Assembly: GCA_964016885.1 (NCBI GenBank)
Contig: OZ024745.1
Location: 99,510,001 to 99,574,000, forward strand
Source: Eledone cirrhosa
Taxonomy: Eukaryota
Length of the DNA: 64,000 bases
Direction: 5' to 3'
Below are positions 52,266-64,000 of this stretch, in pieces. Position 1 is the stretch's first letter, and the number at the start of each line of letters is the position of its first letter. Both the position numbers and the translations under genes were made by a program. The notes below the pieces were generated by a model. That model was not told where the DNA came from, made no database searches, and saw only the letters and a list, made by a program, of their open reading frames with translations.

Positions 52266-52270
<5 letters not shown>
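48868..52270 (+). mobile_element. Naiad-type Penelope-like element, near full length, with direct pLTR repeats (~48955-49061 and ~52161-52269) and an inverted 5' piece
   Basis: STKNIPVPS..LKRLRWRAF, FTLKDHK, FIQFDI, MGASDSAEVTDLIG, YRDDGL, DCPLSGK, IVYKC..YIGLTANRFK; several stops and frameshifts. Confidence 0.9.
52195..52245 (+). ncRNA. Type I hammerhead-like fold, U4A core variant
   Basis: agttt-CAGAAGA-t-ccc-gttaa-ggg-t-GAAA-gca..tgc-TT-aaact. Confidence 0.6.
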
Positions 52271-52297
<27 letters not shown>

Positions 52298-52301
52298 ATA
52301 C

Positions 52302-52348
<47 letters not shown>

Positions 52349-52404
52349 CACGCACACATACACATATATATTATATATATATATATTCGGGTTTTAGTCT
52401 TCAT

Positions 52405-52628
52405 TTGCAAGAGATGTCAACATGAATGGACCTGTTATTTTTATCTAAAGACATTTTTATCCAATTCCAACCCGCCCGTCCCATCAATATATCTTATTTC
52501 TCATTCTTTCTTCTGATGAAGGACTAGCGTCCGAAACGTTACGACCCTCTTCCTGCTATATCAAGCGTTAACCTAATATATACCTTCCATATAATGTACC
52601 GATTGTGTTGTTATTTCTGTTTACCTTT

Positions 52629-52630
<2 letters not shown>
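52405..52630 (+). mobile_element. Penelope pLTR-like fragment with hammerhead core; inverted copy at ~54213-54435
   Basis: CTGATGAAGGACTAGCGTCCGAAACGTT; ORFs 52292 and 54319 share KRCQHxWTxYFYLKTF. Confidence 0.6.
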
Positions 52631-52668
<38 letters not shown>

Positions 52669-52740
52669 AAAATGTTCAAGACCCCGACGGCAGATCTCAA
52701 GCCGTTTCGACGGCTATTTCTGGACGCTATTTTATATATA

Positions 52741-53160
52741 TTCTAGGGCGGGTAAAATTCCGGAGATCCATGGACGAGTTCTCTCCAGCGGTCTCTATCC
52801 TTCATTATCACTGCATATCCTGCATCTCCAACAGACCAGTGTCTGTCCTTAAGGCATCAACATACGTTAACCTTGGTCTTCTTCTTCCAGTGTGTCCATG
52901 TAGGGGCTCCTACAAAAGCACTGAGTGCAGTGTCAACTCTGGATGTCGGTGAGCATGTCCAGCTAACCTCAGTCTCCTCTGTGTCACATTTGAGCTGACT
53001 TTTGGGAGGCTCCCATACAGCTCTGAGTTTTTCATCCTCAGTGTATACTGATTAATGTTCAGAGCCATCCTCAGCATTCTCGTGTAGCACCCATCCACCA
53101 TCTGAGTGAGTTTCTTGGTCAGTGTCCAAGTCTCAGACCCGTGCAACAGCACAGACTCCA
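52741..53160 (-). mobile_element. RTE-clade LINE 3' end
   Basis: Same family as 19201-19618. Confidence 0.85.
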
Positions 53161-53924
53161 CTACAGTAATAATAATAAATGTGAAGACTAAAACCCGAAC
53201 ATATATAATATATATACATGTATGTATGTATGTATGTATGTATGTATGTATGTATGTATGTATGTATGTATGTGTGCATGTATGTATATGTATGTGTATA
53301 TATGTGTGTATGTGTGTGTGTGTCGGTGTATATATATATATAGAGAGAGAGAGAGAATTTAGTATATCTACTAACATAGCGTACAGATGTACGCTAATGC
53401 CAGCCAATACACAGGTTATGTCATAGTACCTAGGTGGTTCAATGCAGGAGGATGCAGAACAATAATATAAAAGACGTAAAATAAGAAAATTAAAAAAAAA
53501 TTTTTTTTAAATTAACTTACTTACTAAAATTTTCACTCCAACTAATTAGTTTCTGCAATGGGATAAAGACAGTTACGTAATAAACTGTTGAGAATTCATT
53601 GCGTCATCAGGGAGGTCTATTCTCAGCTAAGTCTCCAGGCAATGCGCGGACACTGGGGACTCATATAAAAATAATAATAATTCGGTAAATGGAACAGCTA
53701 GCGGGGACTGGATTCCATGCATTGAAAATCTCACTGTCACTGGTCAAATGGTAGATTCTAAAGAATCAATCACGTGACACTGAGGCTAGTCGGTAGGAGT
53801 GGGATTGTAAGATGACAGAAGCCTACTAACACACCAAAAAATTAGTAGTGGTTTTGGCAGGTTTGCTCGACAAATAAGTGATTTGGAGATAAATATCGAT
53901 CGTTTCTTTTATATACATACACAC

Positions 53925-53956
<32 letters not shown>

Positions 53957-54102
53957 ATAAAAGAAACGTTCGACATTCGTCAAATCAGACTGAGGAAACA
54001 ATGTTTCCATTAGTCTTTCCAATTGGTAATACTATCTATCGGTCGCAACTCCAGGCAGAAGGAGCAACATGAAATAAACTGTCTTGCTGAAGGACATGTA
54101 TG

Positions 54103-54212
<110 letters not shown>

Positions 54213-54439
54213 TGTAAAAGGTAAACAGAAATAATAACACAATCGGTACAGTATATAGAAGGTATACATATAGGTTAACGCTTGATATAGCAGGAAGAGG
54301 GTCTTAACATTTCGAACGCTAGTCCTTCATCAGAAGAAAGAATGAGAAATAAGATAGATTGAGGGGTGGGCGGGATGGAGTTGGAAAAAATGTCTTTAGA
54401 TAAAAATAATAGGTCCAGTCATGTTGACATCTCTTCCTT

Positions 54440-55045
54440 CCCAGGATATCTCTTCTTTCAAGTCGGCCGGTCCAGCTGCCCTGGGGACCTTCCACACCTT
54501 CCTCGCCAGCATAAGGGAGGAAGAAGAGGTGCCCAAAGACATCAGGGATGCCACAGTTGTCTCGCTTTTTAAGAATAAAGGCAGAAAAAATGGAAACTAT
54601 CGGGGCATCTCTCTCCTGTCCATCGCTGGGAAGGTCCTGGCTTGGGTCATGCTCAACCGCTTCATCGCCAACATCTCGGAGGACAATCTTCCTGAGGCCC
54701 AGCATGGGTTCCGCCCAAACCGCAGCACGATCGACATGATCTTCTCTGTATGCCAGGTGCAGGAGAAATGTGTCGAGCAGAACATGGACCTCTTTGCCGT
54801 CTTCATAGACTTGACGAAGGCCTTCGACACTCTCAACAGGGAGACCCTCTGTCGAAGTTTGGATGCCCGACCAAGTTCGTGAACCTGATACGGCAATTCC
54901 ATGACGACATGACTGGGCAGGTAAGCTCGGGCGGAGAGGCATGGGAGCCGTTCGGAATCACTAACAGCGTCAAGCAAGGATGCGTGCTGGCTCCCGTCCT
55001 CTTCAACCTGTTCTTCACCTGCGTGCTCAATCATGCCTCCCTGCG
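54440..55045 (+). mobile_element. RTE/BovB-like RT fragment
   Basis: NYRGISLLSIAGK..LPEAQHGFRPNRSTIDMIF..FIDLTKAFD..VKQGCVLAPVLFNLFF. Confidence 0.85.
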
Positions 55046-55049
55046 TGCT

Positions 55050-55560
55050 AAGTACACCTGACTTCTAGCTTCTCTCGTAGTGGCTGTGTATCCTTCTCTA
55101 CTCCCACCATTTTTTCCCAAGCATTCCATGCCAGTCTTTTGACTCTAATGGCCCTATCTACCATGCTGTTCCCCCACCAGGTCACTCTCTCTCTGGTTGA
55201 AGCTCTGTCCCAGCCACAAGTTTCTTCAGTAGCCTGCAGTAAGTTGTCACACAAGAAATTCCAGTTATCATCTATGTCATACGACTCTAAATCGTCTTTT
55301 TTTCATCATACACATCTTGAGGGGCTTTGTTAATTTATATTTTAGTGAAAGGTCTTTTAGCTTCCAGACCTTCCTGTATGTCATCATTATTTCCCACCCA
55401 GAAACGTTTATAACTAAGATGTTTGCCTGCGATTAGTCTTGCAGAGGCACCTCTCCATCTCACCTCTTGCACGCAGCACACATCCACATACCTTCTCTCC
55501 AGCATCTCCACTAGATCTACCTGTTAGAATGCCAACATTAAGTGTGGCAACTCTGAGATG
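55050..55560 (-). mobile_element. RTE-like 5' fragments (APE start and linker)
   Basis: LRVATLNVGILTGRS; ATEETCGW..TWW. Confidence 0.6.
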
Positions 55561-55633
55561 CGACGTCTTGTTCTTTTTTGGGTTGTGCGATTGCGTGATG
55601 TGTGTGTGTGTATATATATGCATATATGAGTGA

Positions 55634-56078
55634 AGGCACATGGCTTAGTAGTTAGAGCATTGGGCTTGCAATCGAAAGGTTGTGAGTTCAATTCTCAGGC
55701 CGGGTGATGTGTTGTTTCCTTGAGCAAGATACTTTATTTCACATTGCTCCAGTTTACTCAGCTGTAGAAATGAGATGATAGGACTGGGGTCCCTATCATT
55801 CCATTGCAAAGTGGTCGTGGAGGTTCCATGACAAAAAAGCACCCAGCTCACACTGTAAAGTGGACGTTTAGGCACCACGGAAAAAAAAGCACCCAGCTCA
55901 CACTGTAAAGTGTACGTGTAGGTGCCACGGCAAAAAAGCACCCAGCACTCACTGTAAATGAGGTTGGTGTTAGGAAGGGCATCCAGCTGTAGAAATCAAG
56001 CCAGAATCAGTTCCCGTCCCACCCTTGCAAGCAGGGAAAAGCGGACGTAAAATGATGATGATGATGATGATGATGATA
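55634..56078 (+). mobile_element. tRNA-derived SINE, family 2, with (GAT)n tail; partial copies at 58053-58327 (+) and ~59755-59910 (-)
   Basis: TGGCTTAGTAG A box, GAGTTCAATTC B box, CCTTGAGCAAGA body, GTTAGGAAGGGCATCCAGCTGTAGAAA tail. Confidence 0.8.
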
Positions 56079-56163
56079 TGTGTGTGTATGTGTATATATA
56101 TATATATATGCATATATATATTAAAAAAGAAAATGTTCGCTCTACATGGCTGAATACAATAAA

Positions 56164-56453
56164 TGTAATCTGAGTTTTTCGAATATTAATAATAACATTC
56201 GATTCGTTTGCAATTTTGCAAACAAGCCTCAATTTTATAGCCATGTCAGTAGAATGAACACTTCATTCTTGCTCTTGTGTTGGCATGCCAACAGAACTGC
56301 AGACACTAATGTTTCTGGGCATCACCCTTCATCAGTAAAGCTCACTGTTCACCCAGAAACATTAGTGTCTGCAGTTCTGTTGGCATGCCAACACAAGAGC
56401 AAGAATGAAGTGTTCATTCTACTGACTTATTAATATTCGAAAAACTCAGATTA
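56164..56453. repeat. Nested inverted repeat with a perfect ~75-bp stem; hammerhead motif 56297-56340 (minus)
   Basis: 56244-56319 pairs with 56352-56426; reverse strand CTGATGA-agggtgatgccca-GAAA-CAttagTG-TC. Confidence 0.8.
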
Positions 56454-56892
56454 TATATATACGTATGTATATGTGTATGTGTGTGTATGTGTATATATAT
56501 ATATCATCATCCTCATCATCGTTTATATATACATATATGTATATGTGTGTGTATATGTATGTATTTGTATATATATATGTGTGTATTTGTGCATGTGTGT
56601 GGGAGTGAGGGCATGTGTGTGTGAGTGTGTTTGTAGGCACCTGACCATTAGCCATTGTTATCTTAAGTTAATCTAAAAAATCAGGAGTAGCACCCCCAGT
56701 GTGAACCTATCTATAGAATTGTTCTGCCTTTGTTACTCTAAATATAGTTTTTAAAGAATTCCTTTTTCTTTAAATCCATCAACCAATGACCTCCACCCAC
56801 CCCAACCATCACCCTCTCCTACCACCAGAAAAGATATTACCACCATATTACTTAGACAGTCGGCTTCCTAGTCTTGAAGATCCATTTCTATA

Positions 56893-57913
56893 CAGTCGAG
56901 TCCGCTTAAGAGTATATCGGATAAGAGTATAGTTCGTATAAGAGTATAGCATAATCAATTCCCCAATTTATGTACTATGTTTTGTACAGTGCATGGGTCC
57001 ACTTAAGAGTATATCGGATAAGAGTATAGTTCGCATAAGAGTATAGCATAATCAATTCCCGAATTTATGTACTATGTTTTGTACAGTGCATGGGTCTGCT
57101 TAAGAGTGTATCAGATAAGAGTATAGTTCGTATAAGAGTATAGCATAATCAATTCCCGTTTATATATTTTCTATATAATTTAGTCCGAATAAGAGTATAA
57201 TGAATACGGTAAAGTAATTGGGCTTATAACCATTTTTAAACAATTCAAAATGAAATCCGATGATGTCATTTATACAACCATTCTAAAAGCAATTTAAAGT
57301 TTAATATATGCAAATACAAAAATAATAATTCATTGTGTCATAAAACTGTCTTTGAAATGCTCTGCTTTATCCATTACTCAAAAAATATCCATTACTCAAA
57401 GTTAGTATGTATTATTTTTATATTTATAATATGAATGTGCATAGGTACCTAACATAACTTTAATCATTTATCAATATTTTAGATCTCTGGAAAAGAAGGA
57501 ATAAATGCCTTGTTGACTGTATGGTCCTATATGATGCAATCGTTTGAAAGTTTTGAAAATTATACTCCGTCTGAGATCGAAGGAATTGATTGAAAAAAAA
57601 ATTGCGAGCAATCGAGTGCTAAAAAGTATTTTGGACTATTTTTAGAAAATAAAAATTGCATACCAATATGTTGAAATATTGCTTAATTTATCTATAATTT
57701 GCAATAATTCTTGTTGAATTTTTTGGTGTAACTTTCATTTTTTTACTTATAAATGCATTTTAAACGATAATAAAGCGATTTTTAATCATTGAAATAGTTA
57801 AAATAATAATACTATGGAATATTTTTACTTAGTCCGGATAAGAGTATAGTTCACTTAAGAGTATACTATTTTCCATTCCCAAGGGTATATATACTCTTAA
57901 ACGGGCTCGACTG
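56893..57913. mobile_element. Non-autonomous Tc1/mariner-superfamily (pogo/Tigger-like) TIR element
   Basis: TA|CAGTCGAGTCCGCTTAAGAGTATA ... TATACTCTTAAACGGGCTCGACTG|TA; reiterated AAGAGTATA; 97-bp tandem repeat. Confidence 0.8.
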
Positions 57914-58696
57914 TATTAAATATTTATACTCCACTTTGTATTGAGTACCTTACTGTGGTTACCCCCGATTGAACTCGATATAAACTTATATATATATATA
58001 TATATATATATACCTTAATGTGTTGTAACTGTTGGTATATATATATAAATAAAGTGTTGTTTCCTTGAGCAAGACACTTTATTTCCCATTGCTCCAGTTT
58101 ACTCAGCTGTAGAAATGAGATGATAGGGACTGGGGTCCATATCATTCCACTGCAAAGTGGTCGTGGAGGTGCCACGGCAAAAAAGCACCCAGCACTCACT
58201 GTAATTGAGATTGGTGTTAGGAAGGGCATCCAGCTGTAGAAATCAAGCCAGAATCAGTTCCCGTCCCACCCTTGCAAGCAGGGAAAAAGCGGACGTAAAA
58301 TGAAATGATGATGATGATGATGATGATATATATAGCTTAATGTGTGGTAACTGTTGGTACACCAGCTTGAACACTCGATGCATAAGTTGATCCGTCAAAG
58401 TATTGTACATGGTGTTATACATTTGTTGTTATGCTGAGGTCAGTTTCCTTCAAAAGCAGAGTGTAATATCAATAATAAGTAGGAACGGGATATCAAAGTA
58501 TCATCATTAAGTTTATTCATGTGTGACATGTGTTTCACTATTTATCAGTTCAAGGTTTAATAACTTGAGCTGACCAATAGTGAAATGTGCGTCAAACCTG
58601 AATGAACTTAATGTTGATTCTTTGATAAGTTGTTCCTACTTATTAGTAATATACATATAACAGCAACAACAACAATAACAATGATGATAAGAATAA

Positions 58697-58910
58697 TAAT
58701 GGTTTCTGACTTAGGCACAAGGCCAGCAATTTGGGGAAGGGGAAAGTCGATTAAATGGACCCCAGTGCATGATTGGTACTTTATTTCATTGACCCCTGTA
58801 AGGATAAAAGGCAAAGCTAACCTCAGCGCGATTAGAACTTAGAACGTAAAGGGCCATAACTATGCTGCAAAGCATGGTGTCTGACGCTTTACTGATACTG
58901 CCAATCCACC
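58697..58910 (-). mobile_element. tRNA-derived SINE, family 1
   Basis: Family sequence reversed. Confidence 0.8.
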
Positions 58911-59473
58911 AGTTTAGATCGATATCCAGTGATTTCGATCTCGTTGTTTATATATATATATTGGATATATATATTATATATATATATATATTGGATGCCA
59001 AGTATCAAGTACTCTGCTGAATAAGTTTAAAACTGGTAAAATCCTGGTTTCTCTTTCTCTATGAGTGTGTGCCAGGTCACTCTTGTATGCTACTGGTAAC
59101 ATATAACCCAGTACAATTTGCAACATGGTCGGGAGTTGGCGATTAAACCGGAAACCCCACCAAGCTTGCTTGGTAAGAAGGGTGGTTTTGGGAAATCTCA
59201 TGGGATGAAAAACAAAACCCGTCAATGGGCAGAGAACTCATTAGAATCAACAGCCATTCAATTCTGTGTACAATATGTATTTACACAACTTCATCTATTT
59301 TAATATATGCCTTTTATTTATTCTTTAAACTTTTGTCTTTATTAAACTTTTTAGATTTTAACATTTTATCTTTTAACTTTATTTTTCTCTTTTAATATGC
59401 ATGATGATGATGATGATGATATTGTGTGTGCATGTAAAACTGAAAGAAAAAATATGGATAGCTGGATGCATGG

Positions 59474-59513
<40 letters not shown>

Positions 59514-60121
59514 TTAAAATACCAGGTTGGTGTTTGGCATCCAATAACTCTCCTCATGAGATGGAAAACTCTGAACAGAAATCCTAAGGTCTGTTGTTTA
59601 CCAGTCTTGTATATTTGTTTCAACTGTTGCTAAAATGTGCGAATGGTTCCACAGAAGCCATTACCATTATAAACAAGTTAGTGTATGGGTTGTCTAGGAG
59701 ATTTACTTACTCCACTTTTTATCAAGACCATCCTGGAAAGCACCTGCTTCAATATCATCATCATCATCATCATCGTTTAACGTCCATGTTCCACGCTTGC
59801 ATGGAGTTTTCCCACTTGAGGCAAGAGTGGTTGTCTTGCTCGCATAGGACTGTCTGGCGGGTTTTCTACAGCTGGATGCCCTTCCTAACACCAACCACAT
59901 TTACAGTGTGGAACTGGGAGGTTTTTACCGCGTTGCCTACACAGCCACATTACAGCGTGGACTGTGTGTTTTTTTGTCGTGACACCTACACAATCTCATT
60001 TGTTTCGGCCTGGATGTTGTGGCACCAACATAGAAAGGGGCGGTATGGATGGGGTGGGGGTGGTGGGACGGGGGTGTATTTTTGTTAGAGATGCCTACTG
60101 ACTGTAGTAGGTTTTACTTTG

Positions 60122-60313
60122 TATTTAGGTAAGGCGGGTCTTCTCTATTACTGAGTACCGCCAAAGATCTCGGTCCAGTGACATTGTCTTGGAGAGGTGT
60201 AAGTGTGTGAGGTCGGAATTTATCAGGTCGTCCCAGGTTTTTCTGGGTCTGCCTACTCCGTGGCTACCGTCTATCTTTATTGCCCTGCACTTTGTTATAC
60301 AGCTGTCGTCTTT

Positions 60314-60350
<37 letters not shown>

Positions 60351-61450
60351 CAGTCTGTTTGCTTTTTATGCAAACTTGAAGTATGTGAATTCACTTTAAC
60401 GCCTCCTGAAAGAATATTATTAAATATTCGCTTTGCGTGAATAACGGGTTATAACGCATGAGGTTTTTAATTTTTTAATCTATCTGCATATATATATATG
60501 AAAGTACAGTAGCCAGAGTAAGAACAGGATGGAGGAAGTTCAGGGAGCTACTACCACTGCTGGCTACAAAAGGCTTCTCCCTCAGAATGAAGGCAGACTG
60601 TATGATGGGTGCGTACATAGAGCTATGTTACATGGTAGTGAGACTTGGACGCTGTGTGCTGAAGACTTGCGTGGATTAGAAAGAAATGAAGCCTGCATGC
60701 TCTGATGGATGTGTAATAGTAATATGCGAGAAAGGCGAAGCATAAATGAACTGAGAGAAACTAGGCATAAGAGGAAGTGATATCATGACTGGTGGGTGTA
60801 AAATCAGTCGGCTGACATTTGCAGGTGACATGGTGTTACTTAACTTAACAGGAAATCTCCGACTTGCACTCGATAGGTTTGATGCCGAGTGCTGCATGGC
60901 TGGAATGAAAATCAGTGCTGCAAAAACTGAGACACTTGTCATCACAAGGAAGCCTGCGCACTGCACTAAAATTTATATACATGTGAATGGAGTTCTACTG
61001 AACCAGGTAGAGAAGTTCAAGTATCCTGGGGCCATGTTTATGAGTGATGAAAGGCAGGAGGCTGAATTAAGAGCAAGAATTGCAGGAGCTGGTGCTGTAA
61101 TGTGCCAGCTTAAGAATTCAGTAATCAGAAGGGAGGTAGGCGCAAAAGCCAAACTCACTATCTTCAATTCGGTATTTGTGCCAATCCTTACTTATGGTCA
61201 CGAATCTTGGGTAATGACTGAAAGAATACGACAACGAATACAAGCAGCCAAAATGGGATTCCTCCAAAGGGTCTTTGGAGTAACATTACTTGATAGAGTG
61301 CGTGGCTTGGCAATCAGAGTGTCACAGCTCTGATACTATGTGCATGTGGTTAGAATGTCTCAGGAAAGAATCATTGGGCATATTTTACGGGCTAAACCAT
61401 CTGGCAAGAAACCCAGGGGTAGACCTCGAGCAAGATGATTGGATAACTTT
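60122..61450. mobile_element. RTE-clade 3' fragments (60122-60310 minus; 60500-60780 and 60785-61450 plus)
   Basis: GRPRKTW; LHGSETW; LTFAGD..VEKFKYPG..PILTYGHESW. Confidence 0.75.
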
Positions 61451-61844
61451 TGTTAAGAGGTGAGTGGACTTTGTGAGAATTGTATTCCAGGTGGAGGGAT
61501 CGAGTTTTCAAAAGAGTGAGAACTTGTAAATTAAAGAAAAAAAAAAAAAAAGAGTAGTGTGATTAAACAGCAAAAAGGAAGCAATGGATTACTCTAGGAA
61601 ATGTAAACTTCAGCCATTTTTTAATGGCAAATAATATTTCCATAATTCAAATAGTTGCAAGACATTTGAGCAATGTATGATAATGGGGAATATATGAACA
61701 TATATAGAATCATTAACTGCTCAAGTTAAACCCTTTTAATACTAAACCCCTGAAATCACCACTGGTTTTATGATATAAAGCTATTTATGTTAAAGTGTTT
61801 AAATTTATCTAAAAAATGATTCATCATAATTTTATAATAATAAT

Positions 61845-62022
61845 TATTATTTCTACTTTTGGCACAAAGCCAGCAATTATCCAGTACATTACTGGTACTT
61901 TATTTTATCGACCCTGTAAGAATGAAAAGCAAAGTTAACCTCGGCAGGTTTTTAATTCAGAACGTAAAGGGACATAACTATACTACAAAGCATGGTGTCT
62001 GACACTCTACCGATACTGCCAA
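61845..62022 (-). mobile_element. tRNA-derived SINE, family 1
   Basis: Family sequence reversed. Confidence 0.8.
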
Positions 62023-63942
62023 TTATTGTGTACAGTGCTCAAGTGCACTGCAACTCATCAAATGTGGTACATAGAATATAGTACATAGATTAATGCACAA
62101 ATGTCAGCAAAGTGAACAGTGTATGAGTCATGGTATACACACAGATACATGCATGTGTAAGAAGGGGGACTATCATGAGTTGTGTTGGCAAATTTCAGGA
62201 AGCATGGAAATTTTGAACGATGCAGTGTCCTGACAGCTAACAACTGATGAGGGTAGTTTGTTCCATGCTTTAGCAACTCTGTAAGAAACATTGTTAGGTT
62301 ATGATTCAAACACCAGCTTAATAATGAGAAAGTTTTATTACTAAATCCCTCCAAACTCTTGATTATTTCCAAAATTATTTGAAAATAATCAATGAAAAAG
62401 TTAAAGAATTTCACTTTGTGGGTGGCTTAAAATCAGATTTCTTTGTATCAGTTTTTAGCTATAAGAAATGGCTACTTTAGAAAGATTTTGTAAATATCAG
62501 GATCCTAGTGTTGCATTTAGATGTGAAATGTTCAAGAGATGATAAGTGACAAATTCATTTTTGTTTTAATATAAAGAAATATGGTTTTTAAAATGTAACC
62601 ATTCTGCTATTAAAAATAAAATAAAATAAAAAATAAATATCCTAGTTACAGAAATTTAATAAAAATAACTTTAGAATTTGTCCAACATTTATTTTATTTT
62701 GAGGAAAAAAAAACTATTCTTCAGAAAAACAATAAAAAGTATTTTAGCAACCACATTTCTGAATTAATGAAATTTAGAGATTGGATATTTTAAATCGATA
62801 AAGGAAGTATGTTACAAAGTTGTTATTTTTTTAAGATTTAGACTTGAAAATATTGTAAATAGACATTTCAAACATTTTACAAAAATAAGAACAGAAGTGA
62901 GAATAATCAATGGAAAAGTTTTTATAAGTTTTTTTCTTTTTTTGCCTTGAGAATTTTGCCTGCAAGAATTCATTTCTCTAACAGAAAAAAAGACAAGGGT
63001 AGGGAGGGGGGATCACTAGGATCTTTTTAACAGTATTTTTTTTTAGTTTAGATACATTTAACTATTTCAAGTACATATAAAGGACATGAAGTATGTACAA
63101 TTATTACATTTGGCATTCATAATTTTAAAAAAACAAAACAAAAAGAAAAAAACATTTTGTTCATTTTGTTCACACAGTTAATTTACAAAAAGAAAATGTT
63201 TCATTTGTTTGTTATAAGTGAAAATGTAACTGGTTCCATAAAATTCTGAGCTGATGGAAACGAAAAATATTATCTTGACATGAATGATTTGACCATTTAC
63301 AGAGAAATTACAATGATAAGAATGAAAAAACCAGCTTGTTTAATGGATACCCTTGTACACCTTTTTTTTCTTTTTAATTGTGTATCAAATTGTTCTTTGG
63401 CAATAAAATTGTTCTGATGACAATAAAAAAAATAGGGAAGAAAAATAAAAGATGAACTGAATGATTTACTGCAGACCGAGATGGTGCCCCCAAAATATTC
63501 AAGATTGTATCATTTCATGTGCAAGCTGGACGGAATTATATAAGTTGGTTTATAAGGAGGAATCTGTCAGTTAGAAGGAAAACTGAATACAACCTAGGAA
63601 TATTTTTTTTAAAAATTACATGTAAAAGACTGAATTTTTTTAAAAACAAATATTGAATTAATCATTTGCATATGTTTAAGGCATATTAAATCAATAACTC
63701 ATAATACAGCCAGCAGATACATTAATATACGATTAAGTCAAAAGCAAAATATTGGTGGAAAATTGACAGTAAAGCTATCAGAAACTTACATTGGAACTGC
63801 TAAAGGAAATTTTGGTGAGAATATTTATAGAATTTATATTAATTCCTGATTTTCCTTGCAGCATTTAGAACTAAAAAAAATGGGAACATAAATATTTCAA
63901 ATTATTTACCCAGAAAGTCAACCAGGTTGAAATGAGTGTGTA

Positions 63943-64000
<58 letters not shown>

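Noticed and set aside
56905-57200. AAGAGTATA repeats, and the 430-bp array, as CRISPR
   Set aside because: No unique spacers, eukaryotic context, no cas genes

Overview
Repeat-saturated animal genomic DNA. The SINE families and microsatellite load look cephalopod/Octopus-like (inference). Most ORFs in the track are microsatellite noise. The only host-type gene is an intronless, SAM-less SAMHD1-like HD dNTPase (27831-29025, minus) broken by one 1-bp frameshift. Mobile DNA includes a near-intact Tx1/L1-clade LINE (36183-41763), several Penelope-like elements (one Neptune-type, two long Naiad-type, plus remnants), two R4/Dong-type RLE LINE 3' halves, RTE and CR1 fragments, a Gypsy pol fragment, two TIR element families and many tRNA-SINEs. 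The least obvious layer is about 15 type I hammerhead-ribozyme motifs read by eye. They include a ~430-bp tandem array with one minimal hammerhead per unit (retrozyme-like), palindromes with hammerheads on both strands, and core variants. One Naiad has an in-frame TGA exactly at a conserved Zn-finger Cys (selenocysteine candidate). A locally triplicated (TA)nCG microsatellite is empty in one copy, Penelope-filled in another and Tx1-filled in the third. All calls are from manual reading; boundaries are approximate.
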